Positions 1-8,955 of a stretch of 64,000 nt of DNA are shown one piece after another (positions within the stretch are counted from its first letter, which is position 1; every line of letters begins with the position of its first letter). A program made the translations under genes and the position numbers. The stretch comes from an uncultured Actinomycetes bacterium (GTDB taxonomy: Bacteria; Actinomycetota; UBA4738; JBBDTT01): positions 64,001 through 128,000 of the forward strand of contig CAVUMN010000002.1 of assembly GCA_963742735.1 (NCBI GenBank). Reading direction: 5' to 3'. Below the pieces are notes generated by a model. The model worked only from the letters and a program-made list of their open reading frames with translations, did not search any database and was not told the DNA's origin.

Positions 1-804
1 TGCGCGGGCAACGGCCGGGCCCGGTTGAGCCCCCGGGCCATCAGCCAGCCGTGGCTGGTCGAGGCCATCGGCACGGCCGAGTGGACCGGAACGCCGCTGC
101 GCGAGGTGCTGGAGGACACGGGGGTACGCGAGGAGGCCGTGGAGCTGGTGTTCACCGGCGCCGACCACGGCGTTCAGGGCGACGTCGAGCAGGACTACCA
201 GCGGAGCCTGACCGTGGACGAGGCCACGGCGCCGGACGTGCTGCTCGCGTACGCCATGAACGGCCGGCCCCTGGAGCCGCAGCACGGTGCGCCGGTGCGC
301 CTGCTCGTCCCGGGCTGGTACGGGATGACCAGCGTGAAGTGGCTGAACCGGATCGAGGCGGTGGCCGAGCCGTTCGAGGGCTACCAGCAGAAGGACGCCT
401 ACCGGTTCCAGCGAGACGAGGACGACCTGCCGGGAGAGCCCGTCACCCGGATCCGCGTCCGGGCGTTGATGATCCCGCCCGGCGCCCCGGACTTCATGAC
501 CCGGCGGCGGATGGTCGACGCCGGCACCGTCCTGGTGCGCGGCCGGGCGTGGTGCGGCCAGGCCGCGGTGGATCGCGTCGAGCTGGGGGTGGACGGGGAA
601 TGGACCGAGGCCCGGCTGGGGCCGGCGCTCGGCGAGTACGCGTGGCGGGCGTGGGAGGCCGACTGGAAGGCGACGCCGGGCGAGCACGAGCTGTCCTGCC
701 GGGCCACCGATGCGGCCGGCAACGCCCAGCCCCTCGAGCAGCCGTGGAACCTCCAGGGGATGGCCAACAACCTGGTCCAGACCGTGCCGGTGACGGTCCG
801 CTGA
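1..804 (+). CDS. Sulfite oxidase-family molybdopterin oxidoreductase (5' truncated)
   Basis: Frame open from base 1 reading CAGNGR (Mo-ligating Cys); AYAMNG..L...HGAPVRL.VPGWYG..SVKW; C-terminal dimerisation domain (SRATD-like CRATD). Confidence 0.9.
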   Translation, partial: CAGNGRARLSPRAISQPWLVEAIGTAEWTGTPLREVLEDTGVREEAVELVFTGADHGVQGDVEQDYQRSLTVDEATAPDVLLAYAMNGRPLEPQHGAPVRLLVPGWYGMTSVKWLNRIEAVAEPFEGYQQKDAYRFQRDEDDLPGEPVTRIRVRALMIPPGAPDFMTRRRMVDAGTVLVRGRAWCGQAAVDRVELGVDGEWTEARLGPALGEYAWRAWEADWKATPGEHELSCRATDAAGNAQPLEQPWNLQGMANNLVQTVPVTVR

Positions 805-814
805 GCCGGGCGGC

Positions 815-1759
815 TCAGGCGGCGGTGGAGCGGCGCATCGACAGGCGGACCATCGCCCGGTTGGGCCGGCTGTCGATCTGCACCAGGTCGACGAGCTGGC
901 GGGCGATCCACAGCCCCCGGCCGCCGGGGGTCTTCTCCGACGGCGGGTGATAGCCGGCCACGGGGTCGGACGGGCCGCGGCCCTCGTCCTCGATCTGACA
1001 GACGAACCGTCCGTCCTCGCCCCACACCGACAGTGTCACCTGCCCGTGACCGTGGACGAGCCCGTTGGTGAGGATCTCGTTCGCGGCGAGCAGGAGGTCG
1101 GTGATCCGCTCGGACGCCAGCCCGGCGTCGATGGCCTGGGTCTTCAGGAAGTGGCGCGCCGCGAAGAGCTCGAACGGGGACCGCAGGCGGGCAGCCTCCA
1201 GGGGGGGCGGATCGAGCCGGTGCGCCCACCGCTCGAGGAACGCGGCCGGGGGCACGAAGTCCATGCTGTGAACCTCCATGGGGAGCTGCACCGTGGGATG
1301 GGTCACGCGGGCCACGTCGACGATCGAGCTCGGAAGCGACGCCGCGTCATAGGTGCAGATGAGGGTGACGGGATACGCGCTCATGACGTCGTTCAGGACG
1401 GACTCGTAGCGCTGCCACTCCAGGACGTCGTCCGAGTCGAGCGACCACACCGGCTCGCCGGCCAGCCGGATGTGCCGCGCGCCGACGGCGAGTCGCTCCT
1501 CGACGTAGTCCGTGAACGCGCGGAGCCTGGGCATCGGGCGTGGATGCCAGGCGAGCGTGTCCTTCCACACGACGCCGTCCTGGTTGCCGATCCGGCTCCG
1601 AAGGGCCTCGAGGTGCTCGGACCCCACGGCCACGAACACCGGCTCGTTGCGCTCCAGGCCCTCCTGGACGAACGGCAGCATGACCTGGAGGAATTGCTCG
1701 AGCGTCGAGTGCAATAGCGCCGGGTGCTCGAACCCAACGCGCGTCATCTCCTGCTGCAT
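815..1759 (-). CDS. MEDS sensor domain + HATPase_c anti-sigma/RsbW-like kinase
   Basis: EH.ALL...F..EGL...EPV, W.RYES.LN, LICTYD, TH.P; C-terminal E..TN...HG, D.GRG, GGRGLW; start chosen at ATG 1759 (1747 possible). Confidence 0.8.
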   Translation of the reverse strand: MQQEMTRVGFEHPALLHSTLEQFLQVMLPFVQEGLERNEPVFVAVGSEHLEALRSRIGNQDGVVWKDTLAWHPRPMPRLRAFTDYVEERLAVGARHIRLAGEPVWSLDSDDVLEWQRYESVLNDVMSAYPVTLICTYDAASLPSSIVDVARVTHPTVQLPMEVHSMDFVPPAAFLERWAHRLDPPPLEAARLRSPFELFAARHFLKTQAIDAGLASERITDLLLAANEILTNGLVHGHGQVTLSVWGEDGRFVCQIEDEGRGPSDPVAGYHPPSEKTPGGRGLWIARQLVDLVQIDSRPNRAMVRLSMRRSTAA

Positions 1760-1853
1760 CTGCTCTCCGACCCAAACGGCCAACCGGACGCCTGTCTCTA
1801 CCCCCCAGAGCGACAAAACATGCGCAGAAAGGAGCAAACTCTCCTACGGGGGG

Positions 1854-2711
1854 TCAGGCGCCGGGGAGGAAGTCCCGGATCGCGTCGGCGAGCTCCTTGG
1901 GTTTGTCTTCGGATACGAAGGTCCGGGCGCCGTCGATCAGGATCACCTTCGAGTTCGGGATGATCTTGGCCAGCGCGTGGGCGTGGGCCTCGGGGAAGAG
2001 CTTCTCGCCCTTCGCCCACACCAGCAGCGCGGGCTTGTCGAAGGTCTTCAGGCGTTCCGCGGCCTCGATCGTGTAGCGCTTGCTGATGCCCCGCAGGAGC
2101 TTGCCGGCGTCACGACGGATCAGTCGGTCGGACAGACCGGGGCGGACCCACTCGTCGAGGACCTCGTCGGGGATGGGGTCCTTCGTCAGGGCGCCGAAGG
2201 CGATGGGCAGCCGCCGAGCCGCGCGGGGCCGCTGGGTCTGGCCGGTGAGCCACAGCGCGCCGGGGATCCTCGCCAGCACCTGCAGGTACTTGAACCGAGG
2301 GGGCAGGAAGTTGTCGAAGGCGTCGCAGGGGGTCAGGACCAGCCGGCCCAGGCGCTCGGGGTGCCGCGTCGCGACGACCTGGCTGATCGCGCCGCCGGTG
2401 TCGTTGCCCACCAGCGTCACGTCTCGCAGGTCGAGCTCCTCGAGCAGCTGCGCCACGAGCTTCGCCAGGCCGCGGATAGACAGGTCCGCGTCGGGGCGCA
2501 TCGGGGCCGGGTGGGAGCCCATCGGGAGGTCGGGGCTGATGCACCGGGCCGAGCCCGCGAGCAGCGGCACGACCTTGCGCCACAGCAGCGCGTTGACCAG
2601 CGCCCCGTGGACGAACACGACCGGGGGGCCCTCGCCCCGCTCCCAGACCCGGATCGGGCCCTGGTCGACGTGGACCTCGCGCGAGGTCCCCAGCGCGTCC
2701 CACAGCGGCAT
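1854..2711 (-). CDS. Alpha/beta hydrolase (Asp nucleophile; epoxide hydrolase/dehalogenase-like)
   Basis: VFVHG, GNDTGG nucleophile elbow. Confidence 0.85.
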   Translation of the reverse strand: MPLWDALGTSREVHVDQGPIRVWERGEGPPVVFVHGALVNALLWRKVVPLLAGSARCISPDLPMGSHPAPMRPDADLSIRGLAKLVAQLLEELDLRDVTLVGNDTGGAISQVVATRHPERLGRLVLTPCDAFDNFLPPRFKYLQVLARIPGALWLTGQTQRPRAARRLPIAFGALTKDPIPDEVLDEWVRPGLSDRLIRRDAGKLLRGISKRYTIEAAERLKTFDKPALLVWAKGEKLFPEAHAHALAKIIPNSKVILIDGARTFVSEDKPKELADAIRDFLPGA

Positions 2712-2890
2712 CCCGTTAGCCTAGAGCCACGGCCCGAACGGGGCACGAAACGGCGGAGGTCTCGAGCTGCGCCCCTGAGCCCGAGACCTTCCGCCGACCC
2801 GATCGTCCCACTCGCGAACCGAAAAGTAGCGTCGGGCGTTCGATGGACGGCTTCCGTTCCCCCAGATGTCCCACAGCGCAACCGAAACGG

Positions 2891-3469
2891 CTACGGGACC
2901 GAGCGGAGCCTCCCGCGCAGGACCAGGCCCGCGACCAGGCCGAGCACCGCCGCGCCCACGGCCACGGCCGGCCCGGACGCCCCGGAGGTGGTGGCCGCCG
3001 CGGGCACGGCGTCCTCGACGGTCTCGACGGCGTCCTCCACGGTCTCCTCGACGATCTCGGGGATCGCCTGCGGGTCGGCCGCCGCGCCCTCGACGCTCGG
3101 GGCCGCGACGTCGCCCACGACGACCGCCCCGATCATTCCGAGGTGGTAGTGGCAGAAGTACGGGTACACGCCCGTCTCGTCGAAGCGGATGGCGGCGGAG
3201 TCGCCGTCGGCGAGCTCGCTGCCCCACTCACCGCCCAGTCCGGTGACGGTGTGCGCGGTCCCCGACAGGTTCGTGAACGTCACCGTCTGGCCCGGCAACG
3301 CATGGATCAGGTTCGGCGAGAAGCAGCCCGAGTCCATCCCGACCTCGGTGCCGGCCATGGAGACCAGCGGCTCGTAACACGACCCGCCCGCCGAGGCGGG
3401 GGCCGCGAACAACAGTGAGGCGCCGAGGGCGAGCGCCATCGTGGCGAGCAACGCGATGCGTCGTGACAT
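2891..3469 (-). CDS. Secreted, membrane-anchored cupredoxin (plastocyanin/azurin-like)
   Basis: Signal peptide, HTVT, YFCHYHLGM type-1 Cu motif, C-terminal TM. Confidence 0.8.
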   Translation of the reverse strand: MSRRIALLATMALALGASLLFAAPASAGGSCYEPLVSMAGTEVGMDSGCFSPNLIHALPGQTVTFTNLSGTAHTVTGLGGEWGSELADGDSAAIRFDETGVYPYFCHYHLGMIGAVVVGDVAAPSVEGAAADPQAIPEIVEETVEDAVETVEDAVPAAATTSGASGPAVAVGAAVLGLVAGLVLRGRLRSVP

Positions 3470-3502
3470 GTGGAACCTCCCTTTCCGTCCCGGTCACCTG
3501 TC

Positions 3503-3529
3503 GTACAACCGGCGGAGGCGGGAGGTTCC
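3503..3529 (-). promoter_or_regulatory. ECF-type promoter GGAAC-N15-GTTGTA upstream of cupredoxin
   Basis: Same motif and spacing as the site in front of the ECF sigma gene (6848-6874). Confidence 0.65.
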
Positions 3530-3545
3530 CTTCGGCCCCGCTAGC

Positions 3546-5438
3546 TCACGGGATGCAGCGAACCGCGTCCTGCTCGCCGCAGCCGACCTCGGGCCCCAGC
3601 TTGACCCCGTTGAGCGGCACGACCGGCAGGGTGATCTTCGATGCCTGGGCGCCGCCGAGGAACAGGGTGTTCAGCGAGGGCAGCCGCTGCGGCGCGTACG
3701 CGTAGTAGCTGTCGGTGAGCGGCGGGGCCATGACCTTGACCAGGATCCGGTGGCCGGGACGGAACACGTGGCCGACCGGCCAGATCTCGATCAGGTACTC
3801 GTAGGTCGCGCCGGGCGTGAGGTTGGTCGGGGTCGTGTGCGGGCGGTACGGCCGGTAGAGGACCCTCTCCTTGCCCCGGACGAACCAGTCCGACAGCCCG
3901 GGGTCGATCGAGTTGTGGCTGGCCTTGAGGATCCCCCGGTTCAGGTACGAGTGGCTGCCGTCGGGGGCCTCGTCGATGAGCTGGACGAACAGGTCGGTGT
4001 CGATTGCCGTCGCCGCCACGTACAGGGTGGCGGTGATCGGTCCGGCGATGGCCAGGTTCCCCTTCACCGGCTCGCTGCGGAAGTTCAGCTCGTCGGGGCC
4101 CTCGGGCGTCGTGATCTCCGAGCCGCCCGTCTCGCCGGTCTCCCAGAACCACGACTGCCGGCCGGGCCCGGAGAACCAGTCCGCGGAGCCCTCGGCCACG
4201 TCGGCCTTTCGGGTGGTCAGGCCGCCGTCGGCGCGCAGCAGGTAGTCGGTCCAGCGGGTGGTCTCGAGCGGGAACGTGCGCGCGTCCAGGATGCCGTTCG
4301 GCGTCGCGCCGTGCTCGGCGTGATGGGTCTCGAAGTAGACCCGAACGCTGGTCTTGTCCTGCGCCAGGCGGCCGTGGCCCTTGTTGACGCCGCGCATCCA
4401 GTGGTCCATCCACGGGACGCGCTCCTGGGTCATGACGTACTCGCTCTGGTTCGTGCCGTGGTCGCCGTTCGTGATGACCAGCCGCTTGGGGACGCCCTTG
4501 ACCGCCTCCCACAGGTGGGTCGGGCCGCGGGGACCGGTCTGCTCGTCCTGGTACGCGCCGGTGATGTGGATCGGGACGTTGATGCGCTCGACGTAGTTGA
4601 TCAGCGAGCGCGCGCGGTACCAGTCGTTGTCGGTCTGGCCGGCCAGCCCCTGGATCACCGGGTCGTTGATGACGGTCCGGCGGTGGGTGGCGATGTTCGC
4701 CAGGCACCGGGCGCGGTCCTCGTCGTCGGAGATCAGCGGCTGCGCGGTGGCGCCGGCGACGTCGTAGGCGGGGCGGACGCCGAGGGTCCACGTGACGGGG
4801 AACCCGACGTCGCTCACGCCGCCGGGGTAGGTGATCGCGCGGTACAGGTCGTCGATGAGGCCGGAGACCGTCACCGCGCTCAGGTGGGGCGGGCGGGTGG
4901 TGGCCACCATGAACCCGGTGATCCCGGAGTAGGAGTGGCCCATGATCCCGACCTTGCCGTTCGACCAGCCCTGCTGCGCGATCCACTCGATGACCTCGCG
5001 GCCGTCCATGGCCGAGCGGTAGGAGAACAGGTCGAATTCGCCGCCCGAGCAGCCGGTGCCGCGGACCGAGGCGTGCACGGTCGCGTAGTTCGCGTAGAAC
5101 CACTTGGTGAGCTGGCGGCTGCCCTCGGCGAGGCCGGCGGCGTCCGGGACGCCCTCCTCGTACAGGTACCCGAGATACGTCTTGTCGTTGTTCGAGGCGC
5201 CGTCGTAGCCGCTCATCTCGAAGATCGTGGGGACCTTCGTGCCGGCCTTGTAGCCGACGGGCATGCGGACGTTGATGGCGATCTCGATGCCGTCGGACAT
5301 GACGACGAAGTCGGTCGGCCCGACGGGGGGCGGGGGGACCTCGGCCGAGGCCGTGGGAGCGCTCGCCACCAGGGTGGCGCCCACCAACGCGACGAGGAGG
5401 AAGACGGAACGGAATCTGGGCATGGTCGATTTGGTCAT
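3546..5438 (-). CDS. Secreted CocE/NonD family (S15) serine hydrolase
   Basis: Signal peptide, RGTGCSGG, GHSYSG nucleophile, GH.FRPGHRI C-terminal jelly-roll. Confidence 0.88.
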   Translation of the reverse strand: MTKSTMPRFRSVFLLVALVGATLVASAPTASAEVPPPPVGPTDFVVMSDGIEIAINVRMPVGYKAGTKVPTIFEMSGYDGASNNDKTYLGYLYEEGVPDAAGLAEGSRQLTKWFYANYATVHASVRGTGCSGGEFDLFSYRSAMDGREVIEWIAQQGWSNGKVGIMGHSYSGITGFMVATTRPPHLSAVTVSGLIDDLYRAITYPGGVSDVGFPVTWTLGVRPAYDVAGATAQPLISDDEDRARCLANIATHRRTVINDPVIQGLAGQTDNDWYRARSLINYVERINVPIHITGAYQDEQTGPRGPTHLWEAVKGVPKRLVITNGDHGTNQSEYVMTQERVPWMDHWMRGVNKGHGRLAQDKTSVRVYFETHHAEHGATPNGILDARTFPLETTRWTDYLLRADGGLTTRKADVAEGSADWFSGPGRQSWFWETGETGGSEITTPEGPDELNFRSEPVKGNLAIAGPITATLYVAATAIDTDLFVQLIDEAPDGSHSYLNRGILKASHNSIDPGLSDWFVRGKERVLYRPYRPHTTPTNLTPGATYEYLIEIWPVGHVFRPGHRILVKVMAPPLTDSYYAYAPQRLPSLNTLFLGGAQASKITLPVVPLNGVKLGPEVGCGEQDAVRCIP

Positions 5439-5446
5439 GCCTAGGT

Positions 5447-5473
5447 ATTCGCCCCGAGGGCTTCGATTTCCTG
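5447..5473 (-). promoter_or_regulatory. CAGGA-N18-GAAT promoter-like motif, 8 nt before CocE ATG
   Basis: Motif recurs before five secreted hydrolases. Confidence 0.5.
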
Positions 5474-5476
5474 TGC

Positions 5477-6277
5477 TCAGCGAAGCGAGCGAGCGATCTC
5501 CAGGGCCCGTTCGAGGGTGACCTCACCCTCCAGGCGGAACGTGATCCCGTCGTGCTCCCACAGCAGGGTGGGCCCGGCAAGTCGGAGCGTGTCCTGCACC
5601 GGAACGCCCTCGGGGTCGAGGTAGATGAGCACGTGGTCCTCGCCGCCCAGCCAGAAGCCCGGCTCGCCGTCGATCGTGACGGGCTGGACCGTCCCGCCCT
5701 CGCCGATCTGCTTGCGGATGTTCGGCTCGTCGATCGACCCCCGGAACTGGGCGAGCAGCAGCCGGTAGCCCGTGTGCTCGCTGACGGGCTCGCCCGTGTA
5801 GCCGAAGGTGACGCGGCCGCCGGGGAGACGCTCGTCGAAGAACACCTCGCCGGGCGGGCCGAGCTCCGCGGGGATGCGGATCTCGAACCCGGCGCGGCCG
5901 CGGGCCTCGGCCAGGGTGACGTGCTCGCCCAGGAGCAGGTCGATCGGGCTGCGCGCGGGGGTGGGGATGGTGGGCAGGGTGGGGACGGTCTCGATCTTCA
6001 CGCCGCGCAGGCCGAGCCAGCGGGCGACGGCCTCGCGGGCGGCGGGGGAGAAGGTGAGGATCCCGCTGGCCAGGATGACCAGGGACAGGGTCGCGGCGAC
6101 GGCCACCCGGCGCGGCATCCGCCACCAGGGAGCGCGGGCGGGCGCGGGGCGGGTCTGCGCGCGCAGGCGATCGCCGACGGCGGTGGCCAGGGCGGGCGTC
6201 GCGGGGTACTCGATCTGCCGCGCCAGGGCGCGGAGCTCCCGGTCGAGGACGTCGTCGGGCCAGCGCGTCTCAGGCAT
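5477..6277 (-). CDS. Putative membrane anti-sigma factor
   Basis: Overlaps 3' end of ECF sigma; short cytoplasmic N-terminus, one TM, extracytoplasmic domain. Confidence 0.65.
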   Translation of the reverse strand: MPETRWPDDVLDRELRALARQIEYPATPALATAVGDRLRAQTRPAPARAPWWRMPRRVAVAATLSLVILASGILTFSPAAREAVARWLGLRGVKIETVPTLPTIPTPARSPIDLLLGEHVTLAEARGRAGFEIRIPAELGPPGEVFFDERLPGGRVTFGYTGEPVSEHTGYRLLLAQFRGSIDEPNIRKQIGEGGTVQPVTIDGEPGFWLGGEDHVLIYLDPEGVPVQDTLRLAGPTLLWEHDGITFRLEGEVTLERALEIARSLR

Positions 6278-6845
6278 CGTCCGCCTCCATGCGTTCGCGC
6301 AGCTTGGCCAGCGCCCGGGAGAGGCGGGACTTCACGGTCCCCTTGGCCACGCCCATGACCTCGGCGGTCTCGGCCTCGGTCAGCTCCAGGAAGTAGCGAC
6401 AGGCCACGACGTCGCGGTCTCGCTCGGGGAGGTCTCGAAGGGCGGCCAGCAGAACCCGGCGAGGCTCCCCCGCCAGGACCGCCGCCTCGGGGGATGGGAC
6501 CGCATCCTCCGGGCGGCGATCCATGGCGAGGCGCAGCTCCAGCCCGGTCCGGCGGCCCGCGGCCTTGCGGCGGTTGCGGGCCTCGTTCGCCACGATGCGC
6601 AGGATCCACGGCTTGAACGGCGCGCCCGGACGGAACCGGCCCAGGGCGTAGTACGCCTTGACGAACGCCGTCTGCGCGGCGTCGTCGGCCTCGGCCGCTC
6701 CGGCGATCAGCGTCGCCGTGCGGTGCGCGATGCCCTGGTATCTCCTCACGAGCTCCTCGTAGGCGCTCACCTCGCCGAGCCTCGCGCGCTCGACGAGCTC
6801 CGATTCGTCCAGTGGTCGGCCCTCCACGGACTCGTTCTCGGTCAT
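6270..6845 (-). CDS. ECF (sigma-70 group 4) RNA polymerase sigma factor
   Basis: AYEELV.RYQ, DAAQ.AF, F.PW.LRI..N, GTVKSRLSRA. Confidence 0.92.
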   Translation of the reverse strand: MTENESVEGRPLDESELVERARLGEVSAYEELVRRYQGIAHRTATLIAGAAEADDAAQTAFVKAYYALGRFRPGAPFKPWILRIVANEARNRRKAAGRRTGLELRLAMDRRPEDAVPSPEAAVLAGEPRRVLLAALRDLPERDRDVVACRYFLELTEAETAEVMGVAKGTVKSRLSRALAKLRERMEADDA

Positions 6846-6847
6846 GG

Positions 6848-6874
6848 GTACAACCGGCGGGCGCGCACGGTTCC
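6848..6874 (-). promoter_or_regulatory. ECF-type autoregulatory promoter GGAAC-N15-GTTGTA
   Basis: Directly upstream of the sigma ATG; near-identical copy at 3503-3529. Confidence 0.65.
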
Positions 6875-6876
6875 GG

Positions 6877-7485
6877 CTACGGCCTCGGATGGGCGCCGTG
6901 CGCGCCCGGCTCGTACTCGATGAGCTCGAAGACGCCGGGGTAGTCGACGACGAGGTCGCCGGCCACCCAGATGTCGCGGGTGAAGCCGTCGGGGATCGAG
7001 GAGTACCGCCACCGCACGGCGTCGAACTCCCCGACGGGCGTCGTGACGGAGCCCGGGCCGAGGCGCTCGTAGCGCTGGCGGACGCCCCGAGGTTCGCAGG
7101 TGTACGGGTCGAACCACGCCACCTGGATCTCGGCGGAGGTGTCGCCGAGGCGGTTCACCGTGACCGCGTTGAAGCAGGGGGAGAGGTAGTCGAGCTCGAC
7201 CTCCGGGCCCCAGTCGAGGTCCAGCTCCTCGTCGTCCAGGTGGCCACTGAGACGGTCGCCGTGGGGCGCCATCTGCAGGAGGTGCTCGGCGGTGTCGATA
7301 CGCAGCCGGTGGGGCCGCCAGTCCGAGTCGACGGTCAGGTCGACGGTCTCGCGATGCGGGACGGGCTCGCTGGTCTCGATCTCGGAGAAGTACCGCCAGC
7401 CGGCCGGCCCCGGCGCGCACCGGAACCGCTCGGTCCCGCGAGGGTTCCCCTCGCCGTCCATCACTCGATACATCCCGGCCGGCAC
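6877..7485 (-). CDS. Hypothetical beta-rich protein (possibly glycolipid-binding-domain-like)
   Basis: Coding-like ORF with SP.FN and QRY motifs; TAGCAT -10 6 nt upstream of GTG. Confidence 0.55.
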   Translation of the reverse strand: MPAGMYRVMDGEGNPRGTERFRCAPGPAGWRYFSEIETSEPVPHRETVDLTVDSDWRPHRLRIDTAEHLLQMAPHGDRLSGHLDDEELDLDWGPEVELDYLSPCFNAVTVNRLGDTSAEIQVAWFDPYTCEPRGVRQRYERLGPGSVTTPVGEFDAVRWRYSSIPDGFTRDIWVAGDLVVDYPGVFELIEYEPGAHGAHPRP

Positions 7486-7535
7486 GGACGGATGCTAGGT
7501 CAGCGGCGGAGGAACAGGCTCAGCGGTTCCTTGGG

Positions 7536-7937
7536 CTAGGTGCGGCCGGCGACCAGGGCGTGGTTCAACCGCCGCAGCTGCCGCAGCTCGGCGAGCTTCA
7601 GGATCAGCCACGCGCCGCCGACGCCCGCGGCCCAGTTGCGCCACGTGCCGTCCTCGAGGGTCTTCGTGACCTTCTTCGCCCACTGGTCGGGCAGGACGTT
7701 GATCACCTGGTTGATCGGCTGCTTCGCGAACTTCTTCGCCGCCCGCTTCTTCCGGGTCCGGCGCACCGCGAACATGACCGCGGTTCCGGCGACGCCGCCG
7801 CCGACGGCCACGCCGACCGCCCGCTTGCCCCACACCGCGGGCCGCGGCATGCGGTCCTCGAGCTCGCGGAGGTCGTCCTCGAGCCGGTCCCGGGTCTCCT
7901 CGATCTCCGTCACCGTTTCAGCTGCGCTCGCGCCCAT
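7536..7937 (-). CDS. DUF3618-like membrane protein
   Basis: EIEETRDRL..DL.EL motif plus TM; paired with holin-like gene. Confidence 0.65.
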   Translation of the reverse strand: MGASAAETVTEIEETRDRLEDDLRELEDRMPRPAVWGKRAVGVAVGGGVAGTAVMFAVRRTRKKRAAKKFAKQPINQVINVLPDQWAKKVTKTLEDGTWRNWAAGVGGAWLILKLAELRQLRRLNHALVAGRT

Positions 7938-8317
7938 TGCACGTCCTCCTTTACCGTCCGGATCGTCTCCTCCGGCTTGATCGACGGGACCTTCATGGCC
8001 CGCTTCGCGTACAGCGCCGCGAACGTCGCGAGCAGGATGAACGCCCCGGCGACGATCAGGTACGCGAGCCACGGGGCGACGACCTTCGCCAGCGCCGCCG
8101 CCGCCGCCATGCCGAGGAAGCCGACGATGAACAGCCCGAGCACGCCGGCCGCGGCGTAGGCCGCTCCCGCCTTCAGCCGGGCCGTCAGGCCCTCCATCAG
8201 CTCCTGCTTGAAGAGCTCCAGCTCCTTGCGGAACAGCGTGCCGGTGTCGCCGGCGATGTCCTTCAGCAGCGTCGGGGTGGAACGCGCGGGCGAAGCGTCC
8301 TTTGCGCTGGTTGCCAT
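7910..8317 (-). CDS. Actinobacterial holin-like (superfamily III, DUF1469-type) membrane protein
   Basis: L.R.ELEL.K.E, two TMs, P.ETI.T.KED..W. Confidence 0.75.
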   Translation of the reverse strand: MATSAKDASPARSTPTLLKDIAGDTGTLFRKELELFKQELMEGLTARLKAGAAYAAAGVLGLFIVGFLGMAAAAALAKVVAPWLAYLIVAGAFILLATFAALYAKRAMKVPSIKPEETIRTVKEDVQWARAQLKR

Positions 8318-8373
8318 ACGGACTGTGTTCCCCGCCCAACGGCCGGGTACACACGACTGCGGAGGTGTCTGTC

Positions 8374-8952
8374 ATGCGCAAACTCATCGTGGCGAACATG
8401 GTCTCGCTGGACGGCTTCGTCGCCGGGCCGGGGGACGACCCCGCGGCGCTGCCGATGGACGGCTCGTTCGACGCCTACAACGCCGAGCGCCTCCGGAAGG
8501 CCGACACGTTCCTTCTCGGCCGGTGCACCTACGAGATGTTCAAGGGGTTCTGGCCCTCGGTGGCCGATGACCCCGAGGCCCCGGACGCCCACCGGGAGTT
8601 CTCGAAGCTCGAGAACGACGTCGAGAAGATCGTCGTCTCCGACACCCTCACGGACGAGGAGACCGACCCGTGGCGCGACACCACCCGCATCGTCTCCCGG
8701 GCCGACGCCCACCACGCGATCGAGGAGCTGAAGGCCGGCAAGGGCCGGCAGATCCTGGTGACCGGCAGCCACGTCCTGTGGAACGACCTGCTGGCCCGCG
8801 GCCTGGTCGACGAGCTCCACCTGATGATCGGCCCGGTGGTGCTGGGCGAGGGCACGCCGGCCTTCACGTCGCCGCCGCCGCCGCTTCGGACGATCGGCGT
8901 GCGCCGGATGCCGGACTCGGAGAACCTGCTGGTGCGCTACGGGATGGCGTAG
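8374..8952 (+). CDS. Dihydrofolate reductase-like (RibD C-terminal) protein
   Basis: VSLDGF, LGR.TYE, LVDE.HL...P.VLG.G; GGAGG RBS. Confidence 0.85.
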   Translation: MRKLIVANMVSLDGFVAGPGDDPAALPMDGSFDAYNAERLRKADTFLLGRCTYEMFKGFWPSVADDPEAPDAHREFSKLENDVEKIVVSDTLTDEETDPWRDTTRIVSRADAHHAIEELKAGKGRQILVTGSHVLWNDLLARGLVDELHLMIGPVVLGEGTPAFTSPPPPLRTIGVRRMPDSENLLVRYGMA

Positions 8953-8955
8953 CGC

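Noticed and set aside
1798-1819. SigB/SigF-like promoter (GTTT...GGGTAG) before the MEDS anti-sigma gene
   Set aside because: The spacer is shorter than typical and there is only one weak instance.
7910-8317. Holin-like gene as a prophage marker
   Set aside because: This family is commonly chromosomal with DUF3618 in Actinobacteria; no phage genes nearby.
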